Shown: positions 9,902 through 18,553 of the stretch, piece after piece
Layout: every line of letters starts with the position of its first letter
Numbering within the stretch: the stretch's first letter is position 1
From: Candidatus Daviesbacteria bacterium
GTDB taxonomy: Bacteria > Patescibacteriota > Microgenomatia > Daviesbacterales > UBA10151
DNA: 64,000 nt
Direction: 5' to 3'
Assembly: GCA_016195715.1 (NCBI GenBank)
Contig: JACPZA010000026.1
Span: 20,222 to 84,221, forward strand
Notes under the pieces: model-generated
The model's input: only the letters and a program-made list of their open reading frames with translations
Told to the model about the DNA's origin: nothing
Database searches by the model: none
Translations under genes and position numbers: made by a program

Positions 9902-10960
9902 ATGGAACAAAGAATAGAAAAACCTTTATCAGTACCAACAGAACAAATATCCTCTCTTTATCGTTTTTCAAAGAGACTCGATGATGTGAACTGGTCGGCT
10001 AGATATAAACCTAACAGACCTTTTTTAGAAGGACTAGTTCCCCACATGCAAGATTTCTTAGATAGAAATATAAGGAAAATTACCTATGATAATAGTAGCC
10101 TTAGAGCTGTAGTAGGAATTTCAGGAGGATTAGATTCCTCAGTATCAGCAACCCTAGTCGCAGATACAATTACTCAAGCTCAAGATAAAGGCACAATCCA
10201 AAACTCCAGTTTGGTTTTAATCGCATTTCAGGGGATGAGCGAGGAGGATTTAGAATCGGCTCGAAAATTCGCTGAATTGATGGGCTCAAAATACACTAAT
10301 ATCCCGATTGACTATCAGGAAAGAGATTTATCTAAACTTTTGAGAGATCTGGATAGTTTTACTGAGGATTTAATTTTTTCTACCCGTAAACCTAAGGTCT
10401 ATTCAGGAGAGCTTACATCAAGAGTGATCACTCCAATTATTATGGAATATGCTGATAGAATAGGTCATTGTGCTATTGATTCAACCAATGGCACAGAGTA
10501 TATCTTAGGTGAAATAGTCATAGGCGCGGAGGCAGAATGTGCCCCGATTGCAGATTTCTATAAAAGCCAAGTTTATGATTTAGCTGATCTTATTAGCGTC
10601 CCCAAGTTTGTAGTTAATAGACCTCCAATAAATTCAACTTGGGGCCATGATAAGGTTGCTACATATTTTGCAGAAAAACCTGAAGGCTTAACTCCTAGAG
10701 AAGCCTACCAACTCCTTGATCCAGTTTTGTATTACCTCTTTGAAAGAAGGTATCAACCAAGCACTGTTGCAAAAAGATTAGGTCATTCCTTAGAGTTTGT
10801 CTCTAGCCTGGCAACTAGAATTAAAGATCAAGATCACCGAAGAGATATACCCTTTTTTGTAGTAAACGATCGCTTTAAAAAGTATCCTAGAGCCGTTAAA
10901 AGCAGAACCAATGAAGAGATGCAGGGTTTCATGAAGGATAGCTTAGCTATTGCTGGATAA
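9902..10960 (+). CDS. nadE: PP-loop ATP pyrophosphatase, NH3-dependent NAD+ synthetase-like
   Basis: P-loop VVGISGGLDSSVSATL; downstream PIADFYKSQVYDLADLISVP resembles NadE PIGDLYKTQVRELA; the usual YGDGG stretch is divergent (GAEAEC). Confidence 0.55.
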   Translation: MEQRIEKPLSVPTEQISSLYRFSKRLDDVNWSARYKPNRPFLEGLVPHMQDFLDRNIRKITYDNSSLRAVVGISGGLDSSVSATLVADTITQAQDKGTIQNSSLVLIAFQGMSEEDLESARKFAELMGSKYTNIPIDYQERDLSKLLRDLDSFTEDLIFSTRKPKVYSGELTSRVITPIIMEYADRIGHCAIDSTNGTEYILGEIVIGAEAECAPIADFYKSQVYDLADLISVPKFVVNRPPINSTWGHDKVATYFAEKPEGLTPREAYQLLDPVLYYLFERRYQPSTVAKRLGHSLEFVSSLATRIKDQDHRRDIPFFVVNDRFKKYPRAVKSRTNEEMQGFMKDSLAIAG

Positions 10961-10963
10961 ATA

Positions 10964-11506
10964 ATGCTTACAAACAAACTTGCTGTTAAAGAACAAACTA
11001 CAATCGAGACTTGCTTATCAATGTGTTTGATGGCTCTTTTGGACCAAAAGGGTATTAATGTTCCTGCTTGTGAAGAAATAAAAATTTTAATTGAAGGATT
11101 AAAGTTTACTAAATTTGACTATACTACTGGACATTTAGTGTATGTTTCATCTAAATACGATGTGGCCATAGAGCAATATATTGAATTCCCAATCTTTTAT
11201 AAATTTTTATCCAAGTACAAATATCCTTCAAAATTAAAGCTTATTTGTAAAAAGATTAACAAGAAATTAATGATTAAACTGCTTAAGACTTCACCTATAA
11301 TAATTTACGTTGATTCATATTATATATCTGGAAGCGTTCACATATCTCATCTGGTGATTCTTGAAAAATTAGACGATAACTTAGCAATTATTCTTGATCC
11401 ATGGGATGGGAAAAGGAAAAAGATAGAAACAAAGTTACTTGTTAGATCAATTCAAAGCTTAAGGAATAAACTCAAAATAAGCCCTAAAATAATAAGATTT
11501 CTTTGA
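10964..11506 (+). CDS. Possible papain-like (C39-like) cysteine peptidase-fold protein
   Basis: Ordered Q...C (QTTIETCLSMC) ... H (SVHISHLVIL) ... D (ILDPWDG) pattern; 4 bp after nadE-like stop. Confidence 0.3.
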   Translation: MLTNKLAVKEQTTIETCLSMCLMALLDQKGINVPACEEIKILIEGLKFTKFDYTTGHLVYVSSKYDVAIEQYIEFPIFYKFLSKYKYPSKLKLICKKINKKLMIKLLKTSPIIIYVDSYYISGSVHISHLVILEKLDDNLAIILDPWDGKRKKIETKLLVRSIQSLRNKLKISPKIIRFL

Positions 11507-11553
11507 GAAGTAAAGTTTATAAACACACTCGGTGTGTATGTTTAATTTAACAA

Positions 11554-11583
11554 TTGACTTCCTTGAGTATTAACCTTTATATT
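11554..11583 (+). promoter_or_regulatory. Sigma70-like promoter for purA (TTGACT-18-TATATT); transcript possibly leaderless
   Basis: TTGACT at 11554-11559 and TATATT at 11578-11583; the likely purA ATG (11590) lies ~7 nt downstream with no SD. Confidence 0.4.
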
Positions 11584-11589
11584 CTTTGC

Positions 11590-12885
11590 ATGGGGAAATC
11601 ACCTCAAGTTATTGCAGTTGTTGGCGGACAATGGGGGGATGAAGGTAAAGGTAAAATTGTAGATTATTTGGCTTCAGATTGCCAGGTGGTAGTTCGCGCC
11701 CAAGGCGGAGACAATGCCGGACATACTGTGATTAATTCTCAGGGCACATTTAAACTTCACCTAATTCCATCAGGGATATTTAATTCAAAAACTACAAATA
11801 TTATTGGTCCAGGAACTGTAGTTAATCCCAACTCATTAATTTCAGAAATTGACAGCTTAAATCAATCTAAAATCTCTACCAAAAAACTAATTTTGTCTGA
11901 AAAATCCCATCTAATTTTGGATTTTCATATTTATTTAGATTCCATGCAGGAGCGTTTAAGAGGACAAAATAAAATTGGCACCACTCAAAAAGGCATTGGA
12001 CCAGCATATACTAGCAAAGTTAAAAGAATGGGGCTGCGAGCATATCTACTAAAAAATCCAGATCGATTTTTAACTCTTTTAAAACAAATTCTTGCTCAAG
12101 AAGCTTTATATTTTAGCAAAAATAATATACCTAATGAGTTTAAAGTTGAATATTATGAAGAAAAAATCAAAAATTGGTCCAAAATTTTAAGCAATTTTAT
12201 CGGAGATAGTGACTTAGAAATTGGAGATCACCTTGATAAAGGCTCAAAAATATTAATAGAAGGCGCTCAAGGAGCATTACTTGATCTGGATCATGGCACT
12301 TATCCATATGCCACCTCATCAAATACGTCGGTTAATGGTTTATTAAACGGCTCAGGCATTCCAGCAGGCTATTTAACTAAAGTTGTCGGAGTTTTTAAAG
12401 CTTATCAAACCAGAGTTGGAGAAGGTGGCATGCCAACAGAGCTTAAAAATAAATTAGGGGAGCAAATAAGAGTCAAAGGCCAGGAATTTGGTACGACAAC
12501 TGGTAGACCAAGAAGAGTAGGGTACTTTGACTCTTTAGCAGCAAGCTATTCTCATTTAATAAATAAGTATACCGACATTGCTCTAACCCGTTTAGATATA
12601 CTTTCTGGAATAAAAGAGTTAAATATATGCTCCAAATATAGTGTTTCGGGTAAAGATCGTATTCACTTTCCTATTGATGATCAAATTTTATCTCAAGCAG
12701 AGCCTTTTTATATCCAAAAAGACACTTTTTCAGGCTGGGAAGAAGATTTATCCATGGTTAGAAGTTTTAAGGATCTACCTAAACAAGCTCAAGATTATTG
12801 CCAAGCTATTTCTAAAATCTTTAAAGGTGCTAAATTATCTCTAATTGGAGTAGGGCCTCAAAGAGATTCCTTGATTGTGGTATAA
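11590..12885 (+). CDS. purA: Adenylosuccinate synthetase
   Basis: MGKSPQVIAVVGGQWGDEGKGKIVD P-loop at the expected N-terminal position; the ORF-track start at 11554 (TTG) is probably too early. Confidence 0.95.
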   Translation: MGKSPQVIAVVGGQWGDEGKGKIVDYLASDCQVVVRAQGGDNAGHTVINSQGTFKLHLIPSGIFNSKTTNIIGPGTVVNPNSLISEIDSLNQSKISTKKLILSEKSHLILDFHIYLDSMQERLRGQNKIGTTQKGIGPAYTSKVKRMGLRAYLLKNPDRFLTLLKQILAQEALYFSKNNIPNEFKVEYYEEKIKNWSKILSNFIGDSDLEIGDHLDKGSKILIEGAQGALLDLDHGTYPYATSSNTSVNGLLNGSGIPAGYLTKVVGVFKAYQTRVGEGGMPTELKNKLGEQIRVKGQEFGTTTGRPRRVGYFDSLAASYSHLINKYTDIALTRLDILSGIKELNICSKYSVSGKDRIHFPIDDQILSQAEPFYIQKDTFSGWEEDLSMVRSFKDLPKQAQDYCQAISKIFKGAKLSLIGVGPQRDSLIVV

Positions 12886-12891
12886 TATTCT

Positions 12892-14454
12892 ATGGTTTAC
12901 ATAATCGATTTTGGCTCACAAACAGCTCATTTAATCTCCAGGCGTATTCGGGAACTTGGCGCAAGCACAAAAGTAATCAATCCAGATGAAGCTTTAACAG
13001 AAATTAAGCAATTAAAGCCAGATGGCATAATTTTCTCTGGTGGTCCGGCCTCAGTTTATGCTAAAAATGCTCCGACTATAGATCCCAGAGTTTTCACGCT
13101 TAATATACCTATTTTAGGCATTTGCTATGGTTTACAGCTAATTTCCAAAATTTTAGGCGGGGAAGTTATATCGGGCAAAAAAGAATATGGTCCTACTACC
13201 CTGTCAATATTACCTAAAACTTCCCTTTTGAGTAAAAATTTACCCCCCCGCTTTAAAGTCTGGATGAGCCATGGAGATGAGGTTACAAAGCTCCCTGCTG
13301 GATTTGAAGTTTTGGGTAGAAGTGAAACTTTGAAATTTGCTTTTGTTCAAAATTTAGCTAAAAGGCTTTATGGGGTTCAATTTCACCCAGAAGTTGAACA
13401 TACAGAAAATGGCATGCAAGTTTTAAAAAACTTTTTATCCATTTGTCATCCTGATCCATCAGTTGACGAAGAAGGATCTAAACTAGATTCTTCAGTAAAC
13501 TATCAAAACGCCATAAAAACTCAAGTCCAAAATATTAAAGATATTGTTAAAGAAGATTTTGTAATTGGAGCAGTTTCTGGTGGTGTTGATTCAACAGTTG
13601 CAGCAACATTGGTTGTAAAAGCCATTGGTAAAAAATTTATCCCAATTTATATTGACAATGGTTTGATGCGAGCTGGCACGACTAAATGGGTTGAGAAAAT
13701 TTTTAAACAAATTGGTAGTAAGCCTATTATTTTAAAAGTTGAAGAAGAGATGTTAAGACGACTTAAAGGCGTAACTGATTCAGAAAAAAAGCGCCAAATC
13801 ATTGGAAAGTTTTATATTGAGCTTTTTGAGGCTAAAATGCGCGAGGCCCAAAATGCCGGCAAAAACGTCACCTACTTATTGCAAGGCACTATTTACTCGG
13901 ATGTTATTGAAAGCCAGGGTACTAAACATTCTTCAAAAATAAAAAGTCATCACAATGTTGGCGGACTACCTAAAAAAATGAAATTAAAGTTACTTGAGCC
14001 TTTAAGAAATTTTTATAAAGATGAGGTAAGAGCAATTGGCTTACAATTAAATTTACCAAAAGAATTTATTTTTAAACAACCATTTCCAGGTCCAGGTTTT
14101 GCAGTGAGAATTCGTGGCGAAGTTACTAAAGACAGATTAGAAAAAGAAAAGTTAGCAGATAAAATAGTTTTAGATGAATTAGAAAAGAATAATTTACTAA
14201 AAGATGTTTTTATCTCTTTTCCAGTTATGACTGGAAGTTACTCAACGGCAGTTTTAGGTGATGAAAGATTTTTTGGTGAAGTGGTAGCACTTAGAATAGT
14301 TCAATCAAAAGATGTCATGACCGCTAACTTTGCTGAAATTCCATATCCAGTTTTACAAAAAATTTCTTCTAGAATAGTTAATGAAGTTCCAGGAATATCC
14401 CGGGTAGTTTATGACATCTCTACCAAACCTCCAGCCACCATGGAATGGGAATAA
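12892..14454 (+). CDS. guaA: GMP synthase (glutamine-hydrolysing)
   Basis: Class I GATase N-domain (ICYGLQL, HPEV); PP-loop SGGVDSTV; C-terminus KPPATMEWE. Confidence 0.95.
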   Translation: MVYIIDFGSQTAHLISRRIRELGASTKVINPDEALTEIKQLKPDGIIFSGGPASVYAKNAPTIDPRVFTLNIPILGICYGLQLISKILGGEVISGKKEYGPTTLSILPKTSLLSKNLPPRFKVWMSHGDEVTKLPAGFEVLGRSETLKFAFVQNLAKRLYGVQFHPEVEHTENGMQVLKNFLSICHPDPSVDEEGSKLDSSVNYQNAIKTQVQNIKDIVKEDFVIGAVSGGVDSTVAATLVVKAIGKKFIPIYIDNGLMRAGTTKWVEKIFKQIGSKPIILKVEEEMLRRLKGVTDSEKKRQIIGKFYIELFEAKMREAQNAGKNVTYLLQGTIYSDVIESQGTKHSSKIKSHHNVGGLPKKMKLKLLEPLRNFYKDEVRAIGLQLNLPKEFIFKQPFPGPGFAVRIRGEVTKDRLEKEKLADKIVLDELEKNNLLKDVFISFPVMTGSYSTAVLGDERFFGEVVALRIVQSKDVMTANFAEIPYPVLQKISSRIVNEVPGISRVVYDISTKPPATMEWE

Positions 14455-14523
14455 ATTATTGTTATCTTTATAGTAAAATCTATAGGTAAATTAATAAATT
14501 ATTTCTCTTAAAATTATAAAGGC

Positions 14524-14553
14524 TTGACAAAGTTTTTTAAAAGATTCAAAGTT
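14524..14553 (+). promoter_or_regulatory. Candidate sigma70-like promoter (TTGACA-N18-TATATT) upstream of the cohesin/dockerin gene
   Basis: ggcTTGACAaagttttttaaaagattcaaagtTATATTaaggag. Confidence 0.35.
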
Positions 14554-14594
14554 ATATTAAGGAGTAATTTTTGCTTTAAAACCTAAATTCTGTC

Positions 14595-17500
14595 ATGGCT
14601 AGCTCTCCCTTCCAAAAGCTCCTTTCAAAATACTATAAAAACCAAAAATTAATTTTAACTCTGTCAGCCATTGGATTAATTTTATTTATAGCTATCTCTG
14701 CTACTTTTTCTTTTAGAAATACTTTATTTAAAAGACTTTTTCCAAAACCTCCTTCTCATGCTGTAGCTCGTCCTCCTTCTAATCCAACTATTACCCAAAC
14801 TGCAACTGATTTGACAATTGCTAATAATTATTATTCTGTTACTTTTAGTAAAGATAACGGGTCAATCACTCAAATAAAGGATATTCTCAGTAACAGTGTA
14901 GTTTCGACAGGCAATTCCACCGCTTGTTTATGGATGGCTACTTTTCAAAGTAGCCCAGCCTTTGGAGGATGTGGATATAGTTCTACAAGCACAACAAATC
15001 CTTTTACAGCCAGCGCTGCAGTTACCAATGGAGATAACTCAATTACTCAAACTTTCACTTATGCTTATACAGCTGGGGCTCCATCAAATCAAAAAATAGG
15101 CGCAACAGTTACTATTAGCGCCTCAACTGATACTTATGTAGATTTTAAAATTGATCTGACTAACAACTCAGGCCATACTATGCTTTCCACTGATATTCCC
15201 TATGATTTAATAGGCTCAAGTTCAACAATTAAATATGGTTATGCTACTGACTTTTACCCTGGAGTACGACTGAAACCAAATTGGTTTTCCGCTAACTGGC
15301 TTAATGGAACAAATTGCCAGACTAGAACTGGAACCCCAATTTATTGTGATTTACTAGATAATTATCCCAGCGCTAAAAATTTTGCTGATTTCTTAGCTTA
15401 TGAGCTAAATGATGGCGGACAGTTTTCAGAATACAGTGTTTATCCAAGCACTGCTTCTTCTGATCCACCAATTCAGTCCGCTGAGCTTGGTTTTGTTCAT
15501 GGAATTGCCGCATCTAACACCTTTTTAACTCGCCATAGTTTTACTACTTATGTACCAAATGGCAGCACCTACTCATCAGTCACCATGCGAATTCGAGCTG
15601 TGGATAATGCAGAGCAAGCTATTACAAACTACCGCATTGATAATGGAATGGATGACCCAGCTATCTTCCCTACTTTGCAGATCCGGATGGGTGCAAATTT
15701 TAATAAGTTTGTCTCATCTTTAATGGTTAAAGGAGACCTAAGTGGACCCACCAGTACCTACAATAATTTAACAGCTAGATTAGATCAACTGCCTTTAAAT
15801 ACTTTATATCATTTAGTTAATTATGAACCATACGGATTTGAAACAGGCGAACCAGATGTGCTGCCCCCAATGACTAAATGCGCTACTGCTCCTCCCTGCA
15901 CAGCTGAATTAAATAATTTTATTAGCGCCATCCACAATAAAGGTATGTTAGTCATGCCTTATACTATTTCTGTTTGGTGGCAAATAGCCTCTTCTCCTTC
16001 ACCTTGCCCAACTCCTTCACCTATGCCAGATTCACCGACTGTCTTAAACTTACCACTGGCATCTCCACCCTTAACTACTAGTGACGTAGCTATCCAGCCA
16101 ATGAGTATTAGCACACACCATAACGATTGTAATGATATTGGTTTTTATGTTTCCCCTACTCATCCTTATGTAAAAAATATTATTGACCAAAAAATTAAAG
16201 AATGGAGTAGCACTGGATTAGTACCTGTTGATTATATATTCTCTGATACATTAGGTTATACAAGTTTTTATAATGCTTATGGAAATAAAGATCAAAATCC
16301 AAATGCTTCAGACCCAAATGGTGGAGATAAAGTCACTAGTGCATTTTATGATGGGTGGAGAGACTTTATTAAAAGAAATACCGCCCCGGGAATAACTCAA
16401 GGAATTGGTGTTGAAGGAGGATGGGATAGATTAGCTAGATATGCTGTTAGTTTCTATGATTCGATACTTTTTAGTTTGCAACCTACTTTCCCCTATTTTT
16501 ATGCTTTTGGTAGTAATATGAGCGATGGGCAAAGTAGCTCTAATTGGGATCCTTATCCTTTAGGAGGCTGGCTTTATCATGACAAAGTTTTAATCTCACA
16601 ACATGATCTGGCAAATTCAACCCAAAGCACCAGTAAAGATCTAATTAGGTTCAATACTGCTTTTGGGATTTCTAATGTTTATTTATGGAGTTCAATAGTT
16701 GGTAGCACCCCTGGAGCCGATCCTTTTTTAGACATGGTGGCCTACCTACAAAAAAATGTTTTAGGAAAATATTTAGGTCAACCAATGCTATCCCACCAAT
16801 ACCTTCCTGATCCTCTACATGCACCTGATTCACTAATTACCAAAACTACTTATGCAACAGCTGGGAGTGGCAATATTGATATCACTACAAATTGGGCAAC
16901 TCCCTCAGGCCAAACTTATGACACACCAGCAGGAACTTTAGTTCCTGGAGGGTTTTTAGCTCAAACTGTTGATGGTAAGCTAACAGCTGGAATTTTTTCT
17001 AAGTTCAACGGACAAAATTTATCAAATGGAGACCACTATATTTTTGTAGAAAATACTGCTCCTGGAACTTATAGAATAAAACATACTGCTGTTCCTTCAG
17101 TAAATAGTCAATTAAAGATAAACTTACCTCTTATTTCATCAGTGACCAGTTTTTCTGCTTATGATAGAACTGGCACTAAAATAACTGGAGGAGATTTAAT
17201 ATCAGGTACTGGAACTACCTCTGGAACTTATAATTTTACTAATAATCAACTCCTATTTATAGCCAATACAACCACAAACTCAACTACAATTGATTATTTC
17301 GAGGTAACTGGTCCAGCTGTTACTTCTGCCGCCTTCTTCACTCTCACCCCTTCTTCAGCGACTGTTAATGTAGGACAAAACGGATCAGTTAATGTGATGG
17401 CTAGAACTGATACTGATGCAGCTAATTTATTTGTAGCTAAATTAAAGTTTGATCCAAGTCAGGTAGCAGTGACTGGTATCTCCACCTCCTCTGGAACATT

Positions 17501-18494
17501 TATCACCCAGTTTACTGAAGGGTATTATTCCAATACTGGTGCTGATGCTGGAACCATCTCAATTATTGGTGGAGTGCCTAATCCGGGTTTTCAAACTTCA
17601 GGGACAAGCGCTCAGATGGCAACTATTAAATTTAGCGCCATTGCTCCGGGAACAAGCAGTATTAATTTTGACAGCACCTCAGCTATCTATAGAAACTCAG
17701 ATAATGTTAATATTTTATCCTTAGCTTCTTCTACTGGAACTAATTTGACTATTAATGCAGTAGCCACCCCAACTCCAACCCCTACACCAACTGGCACTCC
17801 TTCGTTTACCCCTACTCCAACACCCTCACCCATACCAACGTTCACCCCTACCTTTAGTCCAACCCCAACTCCAACTGCTAGTCCACTCGCTTGCAATATC
17901 AGTTCTGCTGCTTGGACTAATGTTCCAACTAATCCTGTTAATCAAAATACTGTGATTAATTTAGTAGCTAATGCAACTGGTGATTGTACTGGTAAAGTCG
18001 CATCATTTGCAGTTTGGGAAGATGATTCACCGCTTGATGCTGATGATCCTGTCATGACTAATCCTGTTAATGCTTCACTCGTTGATGCTGGAGGTGGTAA
18101 CTTTACCGCCACAACTTCTTGGTCTGCTGAATATCAACAAGATGGTTTGTTTGGTATAGATGATCCTCCAGAATATTACTTTAATGTTAATTTACTAGGT
18201 GATCTAACTACTATTAGATCGGCTAGTCCAGAAGTCCAAGTCCTTAGAGCTGGTGGTGGGACTTTCCCTCAAGCTGGAGATGCTAACTCAGATGGAACAG
18301 TCGATCTCGTTGATCTATCTGTGATGTTAACTTACTACAACTCTACCTCTGGCTTTCCAACTAACATAGATATTAACTTTGATTCTGCTACTAACAACTA
18401 CATACCAGATGGGACAATTAATGCCCTAGATTATGGTCAGATGCTAGATATTTTAGTTAATAGTGGCGTTATTCATAGAACCATTAGTCCATAA
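14595..18494 (+). CDS. Large cell-surface scaffoldin-like protein: N-terminal TM, cohesin-like domain, Pro/Thr linker, C-terminal dockerin
   Basis: Cohesin-like segment (VNVGQNGSVNVMARTDTDAANLFVAKLKFDPSQVAV ... QMATIKFSAIAPGTSSINF); PTPTPTPT linker; dockerin loops GDANSDGTVDLVDLSVMLTYYN and YIPDGTINALDYGQMLDIL. Confidence 0.6.
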   Translation: MASSPFQKLLSKYYKNQKLILTLSAIGLILFIAISATFSFRNTLFKRLFPKPPSHAVARPPSNPTITQTATDLTIANNYYSVTFSKDNGSITQIKDILSNSVVSTGNSTACLWMATFQSSPAFGGCGYSSTSTTNPFTASAAVTNGDNSITQTFTYAYTAGAPSNQKIGATVTISASTDTYVDFKIDLTNNSGHTMLSTDIPYDLIGSSSTIKYGYATDFYPGVRLKPNWFSANWLNGTNCQTRTGTPIYCDLLDNYPSAKNFADFLAYELNDGGQFSEYSVYPSTASSDPPIQSAELGFVHGIAASNTFLTRHSFTTYVPNGSTYSSVTMRIRAVDNAEQAITNYRIDNGMDDPAIFPTLQIRMGANFNKFVSSLMVKGDLSGPTSTYNNLTARLDQLPLNTLYHLVNYEPYGFETGEPDVLPPMTKCATAPPCTAELNNFISAIHNKGMLVMPYTISVWWQIASSPSPCPTPSPMPDSPTVLNLPLASPPLTTSDVAIQPMSISTHHNDCNDIGFYVSPTHPYVKNIIDQKIKEWSSTGLVPVDYIFSDTLGYTSFYNAYGNKDQNPNASDPNGGDKVTSAFYDGWRDFIKRNTAPGITQGIGVEGGWDRLARYAVSFYDSILFSLQPTFPYFYAFGSNMSDGQSSSNWDPYPLGGWLYHDKVLISQHDLANSTQSTSKDLIRFNTAFGISNVYLWSSIVGSTPGADPFLDMVAYLQKNVLGKYLGQPMLSHQYLPDPLHAPDSLITKTTYATAGSGNIDITTNWATPSGQTYDTPAGTLVPGGFLAQTVDGKLTAGIFSKFNGQNLSNGDHYIFVENTAPGTYRIKHTAVPSVNSQLKINLPLISSVTSFSAYDRTGTKITGGDLISGTGTTSGTYNFTNNQLLFIANTTTNSTTIDYFEVTGPAVTSAAFFTLTPSSATVNVGQNGSVNVMARTDTDAANLFVAKLKFDPSQVAVTGISTSSGTFITQFTEGYYSNTGADAGTISIIGGVPNPGFQTSGTSAQMATIKFSAIAPGTSSINFDSTSAIYRNSDNVNILSLASSTGTNLTINAVATPTPTPTPTGTPSFTPTPTPSPIPTFTPTFSPTPTPTASPLACNISSAAWTNVPTNPVNQNTVINLVANATGDCTGKVASFAVWEDDSPLDADDPVMTNPVNASLVDAGGGNFTATTSWSAEYQQDGLFGIDDPPEYYFNVNLLGDLTTIRSASPEVQVLRAGGGTFPQAGDANSDGTVDLVDLSVMLTYYNSTSGFPTNIDINFDSATNNYIPDGTINALDYGQMLDILVNSGVIHRTISP

Positions 18495-18553
18495 ACAAAA
18501 AGATTTGACTATCTATATGCTTATGTGTTTTGATAAAGTAAGAGCAGATATCA

